Shown piece after piece: positions 9,519 to 20,368 of a stretch of 64,000 bases of DNA. The stretch covers positions 5,440,001 through 5,504,000 of the forward strand of contig OZ241986.1 in the NCBI GenBank assembly GCA_965204375.1, given 5' to 3'. The position numbers were made by a program, and so were the translations under genes. The notes beneath the pieces were generated by a model, which saw only the letters and a list, made by a program, of their open reading frames with translations, was not told the origin of the DNA and made no database searches. The stretch's first letter is position 1, and the number at the start of each line of letters is the position of its first letter. Origin of the DNA: Candidatus Latescibacterota bacterium (GTDB taxonomy: Bacteria > Latescibacterota > UBA2968).

Positions 9519-9857
9519 CTACGGAGAGTTCGTTATGTGGTGCGAAACGATGCTGGTCAATGCCTGCTCAAAGTTGGCACGCTGTGTTGAATCCTTACCT
9601 CCTGCGGCTCCCTTGCACCCAACTATCCAGCACTCTTTTTTTGATTCAGCCCTTATATCTGGTCCTTCCGTTTTTATATGAATATTCTTTTTAGGCACGC
9701 CAGCCTTTGTGAGTGCTTTACACAATTCGTCACCATTGTTCCGAAAAAGTCCCTTATTACGGCCGGGCACAGAAAAAAAGAGATTGCACTTACGTTCTTT
9801 TTTTAGCCAAAGTGCTGCGGTAATGAGTACCTTGTTATCTGAAATATTTCGGTTCAT
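9519..9857 (-). pseudogene. Short, degenerate restriction-endonuclease-like (PD-(D/E)xK) fragment
   Basis: GPDIRAE...WIVGCKG has Gly at the expected catalytic Glu; only 112 aa; AT-rich. Confidence 0.35.
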
Positions 9858-9936
9858 ATAAGTGGTCTTTCAAAAAAGTTTATTTTTTTATTTTATTGGA
9901 CACCTGCGCTCCCAGGATGAATTTTAAAACAGCTTC

Positions 9937-12798
9937 TTAGAATCGAACGTGCAAGCTGCTTGTAATCAGGCGTCCGATCCAGGGCGAACCGACAAATGAT
10001 CGATATCCCTGGTTTAGCAAATTGCTGGCATTTAGATTTAAGGAGGTCGTGAAGCGGTCATTTGAAAGTGGCAATTGATAGGTGAGATTCAAATCCAGAA
10101 CAGTATGAGAATCTACCTTGCCGACATATATACCCGATTGCATGGGGAAACCACCGCGATAGCGCAATTTCCCACTAATAGTAAGTGGTGTATTGGGCAG
10201 TTGACAATCGATACCGATGTTAAATTTGTGCCGGGGGGCATTGAGGGCTATGTCGCCGATGTTGTCTAAATTGGAGAACAAGTCCTTGCTGACGTAGGAG
10301 TAATTGCCGGTAAAAGCCCATATTTCGTTTGGATAATACGCAAACGATAGGTCAGCACCGTAGAGCGTTATATTGCCAAAATTGCGAGGTGCGACTATCA
10401 CTGCATTGGGGTCTGCTGCCTGTTCGGGCACTATGGTGCCAAAGGGGATCAGCGCGGCGTTGGCTACGAATAAATCCGTCAATTCATCCACGCCTGTGCC
10501 ATTGCCATTGCCAACCAGGCCGAATTCCGGTTCGTTGAGTTGATCTAAGAGACCGATGGCAATTGCGAGACTTATATTGGCCGGGTCTTTCAGGCTTTCG
10601 GTAATCGCGTCTGTTAGAGCCTCGTTCAAGGGACCGGGGGCGAGAAATACGTTGGGCGTTTCAATCCGCAACGGGCTGACGAAATTTTTGATTCTGGTTT
10701 GATAGACATCGGCTGCCAGGATCAGTTTGTTTTTGATGACGCCTTTGTATCCCAATTCAAAGGTTTCTGTTATGGTGGGTCCGAGTTTTTCTATGTCTGT
10801 CACTGCATTGGCGAGGTCGGGTATGGGATCGAAACCCTGCGTTTCTGCATTCAGTGTCGCAGCCGTATTTTGCAAGCCCGGTAGTTGTTCTGGGATAATT
10901 CCGGGAAAGATCTCGACGAGTTTTTCGACCAGTGCAATTGCTTGATCTGGCGGTAGCCCAAGCTCGACTGCGATAAGCTCTTTTGCGAGGGGTTCCAGTC
11001 CAGGTAGAAAGCCGTCCAGTATTACGCCTCTGGCAGCACCCCACATCAGATTGGTGGCCTGGGGATCGTGCAGAGAGAAGTAGTGGTCTTTTGACAATCC
11101 CGCTATGGGTGCGAAGGGCGTGCGAAACATGGGGAGCCCATTGTCGTCTCTGCGAAATGTGAACCCCGTGCCGGCATTACCCTGTGCGCGAAGGTCAATT
11201 GCTGGACTAAATCCCAATACCGGGCTAAAATTTGTCCTCAGCCTGAAGACATCGGGGACGCCGACTCGATCTACAAATAAGTCGGGGGTCAAGGGCGTGC
11301 TAAATGCGCGGTTATACGTCAATCGCAGGGTATTTTCCGGCGTGGGTTTGATGACCAGTGCTGCGCGGGGTGAGAAAAACAGATCTTCGATATGGCTGTG
11401 TTTGTCGATGCGCCCGGCCAATATCAGATCGATTTGATCGCTCAGGTTGGTTTCGCTTTGCAGGTAGATCCCGTATTCATCGATGTCGTCATTGTCTTCA
11501 TGCATGCCGTGTACTGTGCCCTGTGTTTTGGGCCGGGTCAGCAATACGTCAGCGCCATAAGCAAAGTGTTGTTTCTGTCCCAAACTGGCATTGTGTTGCA
11601 ATTGCAAGACCATCAAATGCGAATTATCTACAATTGGGTCTCCGGCTGTGATTAGTTCCGTATCACCTGCATCACTGGTGTTGTAGAAGACCTGTGCGAA
11701 CCATCCGCGATAGAGCAGGCGGCCTTGATAAAAACGATAGGTCCAGTCTTTGGCCTGGCCCGCGCCCAAATCCGTCTGTTGAAGGCCGCTCATTTTTGAA
11801 TAGCCCACCGATCCTATCAGTGTCAGGTCGTCTGTTGGTCGAAAATCGAGTCTGAACTCCCCATTTGTCCTTTCTGTGCTATAATCGCGTGGATTAAAAC
11901 CGCGTGATTCCACTTCCAGAGAATCGACATATTCCCAGTCATGGGTTGCAACATATCCACCCGAAATTTTGATCCCGATCTTGTTATTGAGGCTGCTGGC
12001 GTGTCGCAGTGATAATTTTCGCACACTGCGCTGGCCCCCAGATATGGAAATTGTATTGCCTTCGGATCCAAATGGTGAGCGGGTGATAATGTGCATCACG
12101 CCATTGGCGCTGTTGGGACCGTAAAGCGCGGATCCGGGTCCCAGAACGATTTCGATGCGCTCAATGTCGTCACTGGTAAGGGGGATCAAATCATAAGCAT
12201 TGAGGCGCAGGGAAGGGATGCGGGCAATGCGGTTGTCAACGAGTGTGAGCAATGCGCCAGAAAATACCTTGTTGAATCCGCGAACGACCATGCTGCCTTG
12301 CGATATGCCTGTTTGAGCATAGTCAACGCCGGGCAGGGTCTTGACATATTCACTCATGGTCAAGACTTCTCGGTTTCTGATTTCAGAGGCATCGACTATT
12401 GAAATTGAAGCGGGTGCGTCCAGAGCTTTTTCTTGTTTGCGGGATGCCGAGACGACGACTTGCTGACCAATGAGGGCTACAGCGGTCAACTTGAAATTTC
12501 GCGTCATACTTTCACCGGGGCGGATTTCTACGCCGGTTGCGACGATGGTTTCATATCCGATATAACTGATGGTGATTTCGTAAGTGCCCGGCGGCAAGTT
12601 GTCGATGCGATAGCTACCTCGTTCGTTGGTGATTGTACCCCGGGTACCTTTAATGGCCGGTCCTTTGACTACGATATTGGCCGCGAATAATGCTTCTCCG
12701 TCCTCGGTTTCCACTTTGCCCGTCAAGCTGCTGAAATCCTGAGCTACGACCGAGTAAGCATTCCACAGTACGAAAGCAAGGATATACAGTATGCGCAT
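9937..12798 (-). CDS. TonB-dependent receptor with N-terminal carboxypeptidase-regulatory-like domain (copy 2)
   Basis: Signal peptide, VVVSASRK TonB-box region, IERIEIVLGPGSALYG plug motif, C-terminal Phe (HVRF). Confidence 0.93.
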   Translation of the reverse strand: MRILYILAFVLWNAYSVVAQDFSSLTGKVETEDGEALFAANIVVKGPAIKGTRGTITNERGSYRIDNLPPGTYEITISYIGYETIVATGVEIRPGESMTRNFKLTAVALIGQQVVVSASRKQEKALDAPASISIVDASEIRNREVLTMSEYVKTLPGVDYAQTGISQGSMVVRGFNKVFSGALLTLVDNRIARIPSLRLNAYDLIPLTSDDIERIEIVLGPGSALYGPNSANGVMHIITRSPFGSEGNTISISGGQRSVRKLSLRHASSLNNKIGIKISGGYVATHDWEYVDSLEVESRGFNPRDYSTERTNGEFRLDFRPTDDLTLIGSVGYSKMSGLQQTDLGAGQAKDWTYRFYQGRLLYRGWFAQVFYNTSDAGDTELITAGDPIVDNSHLMVLQLQHNASLGQKQHFAYGADVLLTRPKTQGTVHGMHEDNDDIDEYGIYLQSETNLSDQIDLILAGRIDKHSHIEDLFFSPRAALVIKPTPENTLRLTYNRAFSTPLTPDLFVDRVGVPDVFRLRTNFSPVLGFSPAIDLRAQGNAGTGFTFRRDDNGLPMFRTPFAPIAGLSKDHYFSLHDPQATNLMWGAARGVILDGFLPGLEPLAKELIAVELGLPPDQAIALVEKLVEIFPGIIPEQLPGLQNTAATLNAETQGFDPIPDLANAVTDIEKLGPTITETFELGYKGVIKNKLILAADVYQTRIKNFVSPLRIETPNVFLAPGPLNEALTDAITESLKDPANISLAIAIGLLDQLNEPEFGLVGNGNGTGVDELTDLFVANAALIPFGTIVPEQAADPNAVIVAPRNFGNITLYGADLSFAYYPNEIWAFTGNYSYVSKDLFSNLDNIGDIALNAPRHKFNIGIDCQLPNTPLTISGKLRYRGGFPMQSGIYVGKVDSHTVLDLNLTYQLPLSNDRFTTSLNLNASNLLNQGYRSFVGSPWIGRLITSSLHVRF

Positions 12799-12852
12799 TA
12801 CACTCTCCTTACCGCAATGGTCCGGATTTTTTTAGATGGGAGAGAGATAGCT

Positions 12853-15711
12853 TTAGAACCGAATATTCAGGCCAGTTAAGATTAGGCGTCCAATAAATGG
12901 CGCACCGATAAATGATCGATATTCCTGGTTTAACACGTTGCTGACTTCCACATTCCAGGTGATTTTGAAGCGATCATTTGAGAGTGGTAACTGATATGCG
13001 GTATTCAGGTCCAAAACAGTATAAGCATCTACATCGCCGATATATACACCCGATCGCATGGGAAAACCACCGCGATAACTCAATTTCCCGCGGATGGTGA
13101 GCGGTGTATTGGGCAGTTGACAATCGATACCGATGTTAAATTTGTGTTTGGGTGCATTGAGGGCTATGTCGCCGATGTTGTCTAAATTGGGGAAAAAGTC
13201 ATCGCTGACATAGGAGTAATTGCCGGTAAAAGTCCACATTTCGTTTGGGTAATACGCAAAAGATAGGTCGGCACCGTAAAGCGTTATGCGACCAAAATTG
13301 CGATATGCGACCATGACCGCAGTGGGGTCTGATGCCTGTTCGGCAGACATGGTGCCAAAGGGGATCCCCGCGGCGTTGGATACAAATAACTGCGTCAATT
13401 CATCTATGCCCGTTCCATTGCCATTGCCAACCAGGCCCAAATCCGGCAGGTTGAGTTGATCTAAAAGTCCGATGGCAATTGCGAGGCTTGCATTGGCGGG
13501 GTCTTTCAAGTTCTCGGTAATTCCGTTTGACAGAGCCTCGTTCAAGGGACCGGCTGCGAGAAATACACTGGGTGTTACAATCCGCAACGGGCTGGTGAAA
13601 TTTCTTTTTCTGCTCAGGTAGGCATCGGCTGCCAGAATGAGTTTGTTATTGATGACGCTTTTGTATCCCACTTCAAAGGTTTCTGAGATGGTCGATTCGA
13701 TTTTGTTTATGTCTGCCACTGCATTGGCGAGGTCGGGCTCGGGATCAAAACTCGCCGTTGCTGTATTCAGTGTGCCGGCCGTATTTTGCAAGCCCTGCAG
13801 TTGTTCTGGAATAATCCCGGGAAAGTCTCCGACCAGTTGTGCGGCTACCGCAGCCGCTTGATCTTGTGGTAGCCCAAGCCGCTCGACGAAAAGTCCTGTT
13901 GCGAGAGGTTCCAGTTCCGCCAAAAGGATACTCATTATTATTTCTCTGGCAGCGCCCCACATCAAATTGGTACCCTGGGGACTGTGCAGAGAGAAGTAGT
14001 GATCTTTTGACAAGCCCGCTATGGGCGCAAAGGGCGTTCGATACATGGGTAGGCCATTGTCGTCTCTGCGAAATGTGAATCCGGTACCGGCGGTGCCCTG
14101 TGCGCGAACGTCAATTGCTGGATTAAATCCCAATGACGATTGCAATGCCCCGAACCCAAAGGGATCGGGGAGGCCGATCCGGTCCAAAAATAAGTTGGTG
14201 GTCGAAGGCGTGCTAAATGCGCGGTTATACGTCAATCGCAGGGTGTTGAGCGGTCTGGGTTTAATGACCAGCGCTGCGCGGGGTGAGAAAAACGGATCTT
14301 CAATATGACTGTGTTTGTCGATGCGCCCAGCCAATACCAGCTCGATTTGATCGCTCAGGCTGGTTTCACTTTGCAAATAGATCCCGTATTCATCGATGTT
14401 ATCAATGTCTTCATGTATGCCGTTTATTGTGCCCCCTGTTTTGGGTCGGGTTCGCAGCACGTCAGCACCATAAGCAAAGTGTTGTTTCTGTCCCAGGCTG
14501 GCATTGTGTTGCAATTGAAAGACCATCAAATGTGAATTATCTACAATTGGATCGTTGGGTGCGATCATTCTCGTTTGACCTGCATCACTGGTGTTGTAGA
14601 AGACTTGTGCAAACCACCCGCGATACAGCAGACGTCCTTGATAAAAATTATAGGTCCAGTCTTTCGCCTGACCCGCGCCCAAACCCGTCAATTCAATGCT
14701 GCTCGTTTTTGTATAGCCCGTTGATCCTATGATTGTCAGTTCATCTGTTGGTCGAAAATCGAGTCTGAGTTCTCCCAATGTCTTTTTTGAGTTGTAATCG
14801 CGTGGATTAAAACCGCGAGCTTCCACTTCCAGGGGGTCGATATACTCCCAGTCATGGGCTGAACTATGCACACCTGAGACTTTGATCCCGATCTTGTCGT
14901 TGAGGCTGCTGGCGTGCCGCAGTGATATTTTTCGCACACTGCGCTCTCCGCCAGATATAGAGATTGTATTGCCTTCCGATCCAAATGGCGAGCGGGTGAT
15001 AATGTGCATGACGCCACTGGAGGTGTTGGGCCCGTAAAGCGCGGATCCGGGTCCCAAAACCACTTCAATGCGCTCAATGTCGTCACCGGCAACGGGGATC
15101 ATGTCAAAGGCATTGAAACGCAGGGATGGGACGCGGGCTATGCGGTTGTCAACGAGTGTGAGCAATGCGCCAGAAAATACATTGTTGAATCCGCGAACCA
15201 CCACGTTGCTTTGTGAGATACCGGTTTTGGAGAAATCTACTCCGGGCAGGGTTTTGATATGCTCAGTCGGCGACAAAACTCCCCGATCTCTGATTTCGGC
15301 TGCTTCGATCGTTGCGATCGAAGCGGGTGCGTCCAGAGCTTTTTCTTGTTTGCGCGATGCCGAGACGACGACTTGTTGACCGATGAGGGCTACGGCGGTC
15401 AACTCGAAATTTCGCGTTGTACTTTCGCCAGCGCGGATTTCTACGCCGGATACAACTGTGGTTTCATAGCCGATATAACTGATGGTGATTTCGTAAATTC
15501 CCGGCGGCAAGCGGTCGATGCGATAGATCCCCTGTTCATCGGTGATTACGCCCCGTATGCCCTCAATGGCCGGTCCTTTGACTACGACATTAGCCGCGAA
15601 TAATGCTTCTCCCGTCTCATCTTCCACTTTGCCCGTCAAGCTGCCCATATCCTGAGCTATGACCGAGTAGGTACTCCACATTATGAGACAGATAACACAC
15701 AATGCACGCAT
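12853..15711 (-). CDS. TonB-dependent receptor (copy 1), tandem paralog
   Basis: Same architecture; long stretches identical to the neighbour; ends LNIRF. Confidence 0.93.
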   Translation of the reverse strand: MRALCVICLIMWSTYSVIAQDMGSLTGKVEDETGEALFAANVVVKGPAIEGIRGVITDEQGIYRIDRLPPGIYEITISYIGYETTVVSGVEIRAGESTTRNFELTAVALIGQQVVVSASRKQEKALDAPASIATIEAAEIRDRGVLSPTEHIKTLPGVDFSKTGISQSNVVVRGFNNVFSGALLTLVDNRIARVPSLRFNAFDMIPVAGDDIERIEVVLGPGSALYGPNTSSGVMHIITRSPFGSEGNTISISGGERSVRKISLRHASSLNDKIGIKVSGVHSSAHDWEYIDPLEVEARGFNPRDYNSKKTLGELRLDFRPTDELTIIGSTGYTKTSSIELTGLGAGQAKDWTYNFYQGRLLYRGWFAQVFYNTSDAGQTRMIAPNDPIVDNSHLMVFQLQHNASLGQKQHFAYGADVLRTRPKTGGTINGIHEDIDNIDEYGIYLQSETSLSDQIELVLAGRIDKHSHIEDPFFSPRAALVIKPRPLNTLRLTYNRAFSTPSTTNLFLDRIGLPDPFGFGALQSSLGFNPAIDVRAQGTAGTGFTFRRDDNGLPMYRTPFAPIAGLSKDHYFSLHSPQGTNLMWGAAREIIMSILLAELEPLATGLFVERLGLPQDQAAAVAAQLVGDFPGIIPEQLQGLQNTAGTLNTATASFDPEPDLANAVADINKIESTISETFEVGYKSVINNKLILAADAYLSRKRNFTSPLRIVTPSVFLAAGPLNEALSNGITENLKDPANASLAIAIGLLDQLNLPDLGLVGNGNGTGIDELTQLFVSNAAGIPFGTMSAEQASDPTAVMVAYRNFGRITLYGADLSFAYYPNEMWTFTGNYSYVSDDFFPNLDNIGDIALNAPKHKFNIGIDCQLPNTPLTIRGKLSYRGGFPMRSGVYIGDVDAYTVLDLNTAYQLPLSNDRFKITWNVEVSNVLNQEYRSFIGAPFIGRLILTGLNIRF

Positions 15712-15808
15712 AAAATCCTCCTTTAATATTTCTTATAGTTATTTTGAAATAATAGAGAAAAAAAATACAAATGTCACGAACAAAAGCAGGAGTCAGGCAT
15801 GAGACCTC

Positions 15809-17140
15809 TTACGCCATAAAGATATATTTGAGAATAAATATGATGGCCAGTACATCGATAAAAAAATGTACCTCGGAGTCTTTTTTGCTCAGTCGCTTGA
15901 TTATGGGATAGGCGACAAATCCGAGCGCCAGCCCATCGGCAATGCTGAATGTCAGGGGTATTGCAATCAGCGTTAAAAAAGCGGGTACGGCATCCGACAT
16001 ATCATCCCAGGCAATGCGCGCAGCCGGGGCCATCATCATGACGCCTACGACTATGAGCGCGGGTGCTGTGGCAAAGGACGGTATGGCCTGGACCAGAGGT
16101 GTGAGAAATAGGGCACAGACGAATAGTCCGCCGGTCACCAGGCTGGCAAAGCCCGTGCGTGCGCCCGATGATATGCCCGCGGCACTTTCGATATAGGTCG
16201 TCACGGTTGAGGAGCCCAATACGCTGCCGCATACGGTTCCAATAGAGTCTGATAGCAGTGCTTTGTTGGCGCGCGGCAATTGTCCTCGTTTATCCAGGAA
16301 TCCCACGCGTTCAGATAATCCCACCAGTGTGCCCATGGTGTCAAATAGATCGACAAAGAGAAAAGCAAAGACGAGTTCAATGACTGCCGTGTGAAATGCG
16401 AGAGGCAGATGGTAAATGGCTTCTCCAAAGAGATGGGTGGGCCAAACGGGCAGGCTTACGACGCCTGTTGGCCAGGGTGTAAGCCCGAGGATCATGGATA
16501 ATAAGGTGACGCCGATCACGCCGAGTAAAATCGCCCCGCGGATGCCGCGCGTTAGCATGATGGCCGTGCCCAAAAGCCCCACCAGTGCCAGCCCAACAGG
16601 TCCTGTGCGTACATCGCCCAGGCTGACCAATGTGGCCTGATTATCGACAATTAAACCCGCGTTTTTCAATCCGATAAACGCAATAAATAGTCCAATACCC
16701 GCGGCGGCGGCGAGTTTGAGGGGTTGGGGCACTGCTGTGATAATCGCCTCGCGCACTCGCAATACAGTTAATAATAAAAACAAGAGTCCGGAGGCGAGGA
16801 CCACGCCCAGAGCCAATTTCCAATGTACGCCCATGCCCAGTACAATTGTGTAGGTAAAAAACGCGTTGAGGCCCATGCCGGGCGCAAGGGCAAAGGGATA
16901 ATTTGCCAGGAGGCCCATTAGTATTGTTGCTATTGCTGCAGAAGCACACGTTGCAAATAACAGTTCGGGAAATAAATCCACGCCCAATGCGTCGGATAAG
17001 ATGCCCGGATTTACGGCTACGATATAAGCCATTGTCACAAATGTCGTCACCCCACCTGTTGTTTCTGTGCGCCAATCTGTGTTTTGGGCGTTAAAATTAA
17101 AGAACTCAGCGATTGTTCCTGTAATTTTTTCTGTTCCCAT
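15809..17140 (-). CDS. NCS2/AzgA-type purine nucleobase permease
   Basis: TTFVTMAYI.VNP.IL, ALAPGMGLNAFF, FVDLFDTMGTL, TTYIESAAG; start at ATG after SD AAGGAG. Confidence 0.93.
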   Translation of the reverse strand: MGTEKITGTIAEFFNFNAQNTDWRTETTGGVTTFVTMAYIVAVNPGILSDALGVDLFPELLFATCASAAIATILMGLLANYPFALAPGMGLNAFFTYTIVLGMGVHWKLALGVVLASGLLFLLLTVLRVREAIITAVPQPLKLAAAAGIGLFIAFIGLKNAGLIVDNQATLVSLGDVRTGPVGLALVGLLGTAIMLTRGIRGAILLGVIGVTLLSMILGLTPWPTGVVSLPVWPTHLFGEAIYHLPLAFHTAVIELVFAFLFVDLFDTMGTLVGLSERVGFLDKRGQLPRANKALLSDSIGTVCGSVLGSSTVTTYIESAAGISSGARTGFASLVTGGLFVCALFLTPLVQAIPSFATAPALIVVGVMMMAPAARIAWDDMSDAVPAFLTLIAIPLTFSIADGLALGFVAYPIIKRLSKKDSEVHFFIDVLAIIFILKYIFMA

Positions 17141-17367
17141 TTGTTTCTCCTTTTTTTGGTGAAACATTAAAGGCAGTGAGACGTAAAACGTGAGACGTGA
17201 AAATCAGCACCCGCCCTGGGGTGATGTTGGGTGGTCTTCACCCTTCACCCTTCACCCTTCACATGATACTTGCGTCTGCAATCAAATGCAATTAGATTGG
17301 AACCTATAGCGCGTTCAGGTATTAGCAGTCCAGGGGATGTCTCTCCCACATATCAGGAGAACTTGCC

Positions 17368-18138
17368 ATGACTGAAGATATTGGCCCTTTGCTGAAGCAC
17401 TGGCCCTATGATCCCAAAAACAGCATTCGCAAAATTTTCTCGTCCAAAGGCGTTGAAAAAATTCAGGTACGCATAGATCAAGGTCCATTTCAAGGTATTC
17501 TACAAATGGAACTCGACGGGCGTCCCGATGGACGCAAACCACACAATAGTGCGTTTGCTCTGGATCATTTTACCGATAGGCTTCATCATTTTATTGAAGA
17601 ACACGGTACATCGGATGGTTTTTCACTAAAAAAGACGCACTGTAGTGAACTGTTTGATGAAAGTCGCTTGCTCTACGAGCGATATGTTTTTTTGCTCCAA
17701 ATACGAGACTATGACCGCGTTATTCGCGATACACAGCGCAATATGGAGCTGTTCCGTTTTGTCAATCAATACGCTGCCGCGGAGAAAGATCGTCTCAATC
17801 TCGAAAAATGGTGGCCTTATGTTTTGCGAATCCACGCGATTGCACGCGTGATGATTGCATCGCAAGAGAACAATTTTACGAAGGGCATCCAAATTATTCG
17901 AGATGTGCTCGACAAGATCGAGAATCTGGAAGAGGTCGATGCAGAAGAATTTGGTGTTGAAAAAAAACGCTCTGTTGAGTCTTTGAACGAATTGCTCAAC
18001 GAGCTCGAGCAACAGCGCCCTCTCACGAAATCTGAACGCCTGAAAAAAGAATTGCTCGAAGCGATTGACAACGAAGAGTTTGAACGCGCTGCCGAGCTTC
18101 GAGACCGCATTAATATGATGGGTGAGAAGGATGGGTGA
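17368..18138 (+). CDS. UvrB/UvrC-motif-containing conserved protein
   Basis: GILQMELDGRPDG N-terminal motif and C-terminal LLEAIDNEEFERAAELRDRI UVR motif. Confidence 0.8.
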   Translation: MTEDIGPLLKHWPYDPKNSIRKIFSSKGVEKIQVRIDQGPFQGILQMELDGRPDGRKPHNSAFALDHFTDRLHHFIEEHGTSDGFSLKKTHCSELFDESRLLYERYVFLLQIRDYDRVIRDTQRNMELFRFVNQYAAAEKDRLNLEKWWPYVLRIHAIARVMIASQENNFTKGIQIIRDVLDKIENLEEVDAEEFGVEKKRSVESLNELLNELEQQRPLTKSERLKKELLEAIDNEEFERAAELRDRINMMGEKDG

Positions 18139-18219
18139 GAAGTGTGAAGTGTGAAGTAATCCAGTGGAGCGAGATAGGGAAGGGCCTCTTACCTTTTTTA
18201 AGTGTAAAACGGAGTTTTC

Positions 18220-18248
18220 TTGACAGAATTGGACTAAGCCTGTATCTT
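18220..18248 (+). promoter_or_regulatory. Sigma70-type promoter of the ilv leader
   Basis: TTGACA-17 nt-TATCTT. Confidence 0.65.
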
Positions 18249-18278
18249 CTCTTTCCCATTGAAAGAAAGCGCAAATTT

Positions 18279-18359
18279 ATGACACATCAGATCACCACAT
18301 CCCGCATTGCAATCACAACGGCTGTTGTAGGCCGTGTTGTAGTACTTGTACCTATGTGA
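18279..18359 (+). CDS. ilv operon leader peptide (Ile/Val/Thr/Leu-rich)
   Basis: MTHQITTSRIAITTAVVGRVVVLVPM*, directly upstream of a terminator and ilvB. Confidence 0.85.
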   Translation: MTHQITTSRIAITTAVVGRVVVLVPM

Positions 18360-18388
18360 TGATGGGATTGCATAAAAAACATCTTGTC

Positions 18389-18423
18389 CCGTCATCGCTA
18401 CAATGCAATGACGGTTTTTTTTT
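18389..18423 (+). terminator. ilv attenuator terminator
   Basis: CCGTCATCGC/GCAATGACGG stem plus T9. An alternative antiterminator pairs 18356-18367 with 18387-18398. Confidence 0.85.
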
Positions 18424-18446
18424 GTCTAACAAAGGAGATTGTTGCA

Positions 18447-20213
18447 ATGGCGAGCAAACCCCAGACTCCGGCATCTGGCTCCACCTCTGGCGAAATGAGG
18501 GGTGCCGATATTCTGGTTGAATGTCTCATCCGCGAGGGGGTCGAAGTGCTCTTTGGCTATCCCGGAGGGGCCAGTATGGAGATGCACCAGTCCCTCACGC
18601 GTTCCAATATCCAGGTTGTGTTGTGCCGGCACGAACAGGGCGAAATTTTTGCGGCTGAGGGATATGCCAAAGCTTCGGGCAAGGTTGGGGTGTGTATGGC
18701 AACTTCCGGACCGGGTGCTACCAATCTGGTCACGGGACTGGCCGATGCCAAGATGGACTCTGTGCCGCTTGTTGCTATCACGGGTCAGGTTCCCACTGCT
18801 GTTATTGGTCGTGATGCGTTTCAGGAAACTCCGATTATTGAGGTCACGCGGCAGATTACCAAGCACAATTATCTCGTAGATCGCATTGAAGATATTCCCC
18901 GCGTTGTCAAAGAGGCGTTTTATATTGCTTCTTCTGGACGGCCGGGTCCCGTGTTGATCGATATTCCCAAAAATGTGCAGCAAAGTGCTTGTGTGCCCGA
19001 TTTTCCAGAGACGATTTCTATTCGCAGTTATACCCCCAGCCATTTGCACGCCAGCCGCGCGCAAATGCAAGAGGTTGCGCAGGCGATTTTAGAATCCAAA
19101 CGCCCGCTTATTTATGCCGGCGGGGGTATTGTGACTGCCGAGGCGTCGGAAGAACTCCGCGAGTTTGCCCGAAAGACGCGTATTCCCGTGGCACAGACGC
19201 TGATGGGGCTGGGGGTTTTTCCACAAACTGATCCACAGTCTTTGCAAATGCTGGGTATGCACGGGTCGGTTTACGCCAATTACGCCATCAATCACGCCGA
19301 TTTGTTGCTGGCATTTGGCGTGCGTTTTGATGATCGGGTGACGGGCAAGCTCGAAGAGTTTTGCAAACACGGTCGCATTGTGCATATCGATATTGATCCT
19401 TCTGAGATTAATAAAAATAAGGTCGCCCATTTGCCGATTGTGAGCGATATTAAATATGCCCTGCAAGAGCTAAACAGTATTGTTGTGCCGGGCGATTATC
19501 AGACCTGGTGTGATGAGATTGAAACGTGGCGCGAAAAACATCCTTTTACATACAAAGATGTCGGAGATGTCATTTTGCCCCAGTATGCAATTGAGATGCT
19601 TTATAAGATGACGCAGGGTAAGGCCATTATTTCCACAGGGGTGGGGCAACACCAGATGTGGGCGGCGCAATTTTATCCTTTTGATGAGCCGCGCCGTTGG
19701 CTCACGTCGGGCGGTCTGGGGGCAATGGGTTTTGGTTTGCCCGCTGCGCTGGGGGCGCAATTGGCTTTTCCCGATGCGCTGGTTATTGATATTGATGGCG
19801 ATGGTAGTTTTGCGATGAATGTGCAGGAGTTGGCGACGCTTTATGCGGAGAAGATTCCCGTTAAGACGATGATTCTCAACAATCAGCATCTGGGTATGGT
19901 GGTGCAATGGGAGGATCGCTTTTACAAGAGCAACCGCGGGCATACGTTTATTGGGGATCCGGAAGCGGCGCAGGCGCATGAAGATATGAATATTCCGCCG
20001 AGTCACGCCATTTTCCCCGATTATGTGGCGATAGCAAAGGGTTTTCGCGTGCCTGCCGAACGGGCGGTACGCAAGGAGGATCTCGTGCCGGCTATTGATC
20101 GCATGATTTCTTCCAATGGTCCCTATTTGCTCGATGTGGTTGTTCCGTATCAAGAGCATGTGTTGCCTATGATTCCCTCGGGTATGACATTTGCCGATAT
20201 TATTACGGAGTGA
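18447..20213 (+). CDS. ilvB: Acetolactate synthase large subunit (biosynthetic)
   Basis: [26 protein letters not shown]...NN TPP motif, EHVLPMIP; SD AAGGAG before ATG18447. Confidence 0.96.
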   Translation: MASKPQTPASGSTSGEMRGADILVECLIREGVEVLFGYPGGASMEMHQSLTRSNIQVVLCRHEQGEIFAAEGYAKASGKVGVCMATSGPGATNLVTGLADAKMDSVPLVAITGQVPTAVIGRDAFQETPIIEVTRQITKHNYLVDRIEDIPRVVKEAFYIASSGRPGPVLIDIPKNVQQSACVPDFPETISIRSYTPSHLHASRAQMQEVAQAILESKRPLIYAGGGIVTAEASEELREFARKTRIPVAQTLMGLGVFPQTDPQSLQMLGMHGSVYANYAINHADLLLAFGVRFDDRVTGKLEEFCKHGRIVHIDIDPSEINKNKVAHLPIVSDIKYALQELNSIVVPGDYQTWCDEIETWREKHPFTYKDVGDVILPQYAIEMLYKMTQGKAIISTGVGQHQMWAAQFYPFDEPRRWLTSGGLGAMGFGLPAALGAQLAFPDALVIDIDGDGSFAMNVQELATLYAEKIPVKTMILNNQHLGMVVQWEDRFYKSNRGHTFIGDPEAAQAHEDMNIPPSHAIFPDYVAIAKGFRVPAERAVRKEDLVPAIDRMISSNGPYLLDVVVPYQEHVLPMIPSGMTFADIITE

Positions 20214-20228
20214 ACATCTGTGCTGCCA

Positions 20229-20264
20229 GAAATGGACATTGCTTTGAGCGATGTCCATTTTTTT
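20229..20264 (+). terminator. Rho-independent terminator
   Basis: AAATGGACAT...ATGTCCATTT plus T run after ilvB. Confidence 0.75.
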
Positions 20265-20368
20265 GTTTTATAGGGAACGCGAGAATTGATCTGGTGGTCT
20301 AATCCTGCGAAACGGATAGACGCACAGGCGGAGCCTATAACGGATGGCTACTATAGGAAAAAGATAAA

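Noticed and set aside
17141-17367. Possible purine riboswitch upstream of the NCS2 permease
   Set aside because: No purine-aptamer consensus is visible; the region holds heptamer repeats and a divergent promoter region.
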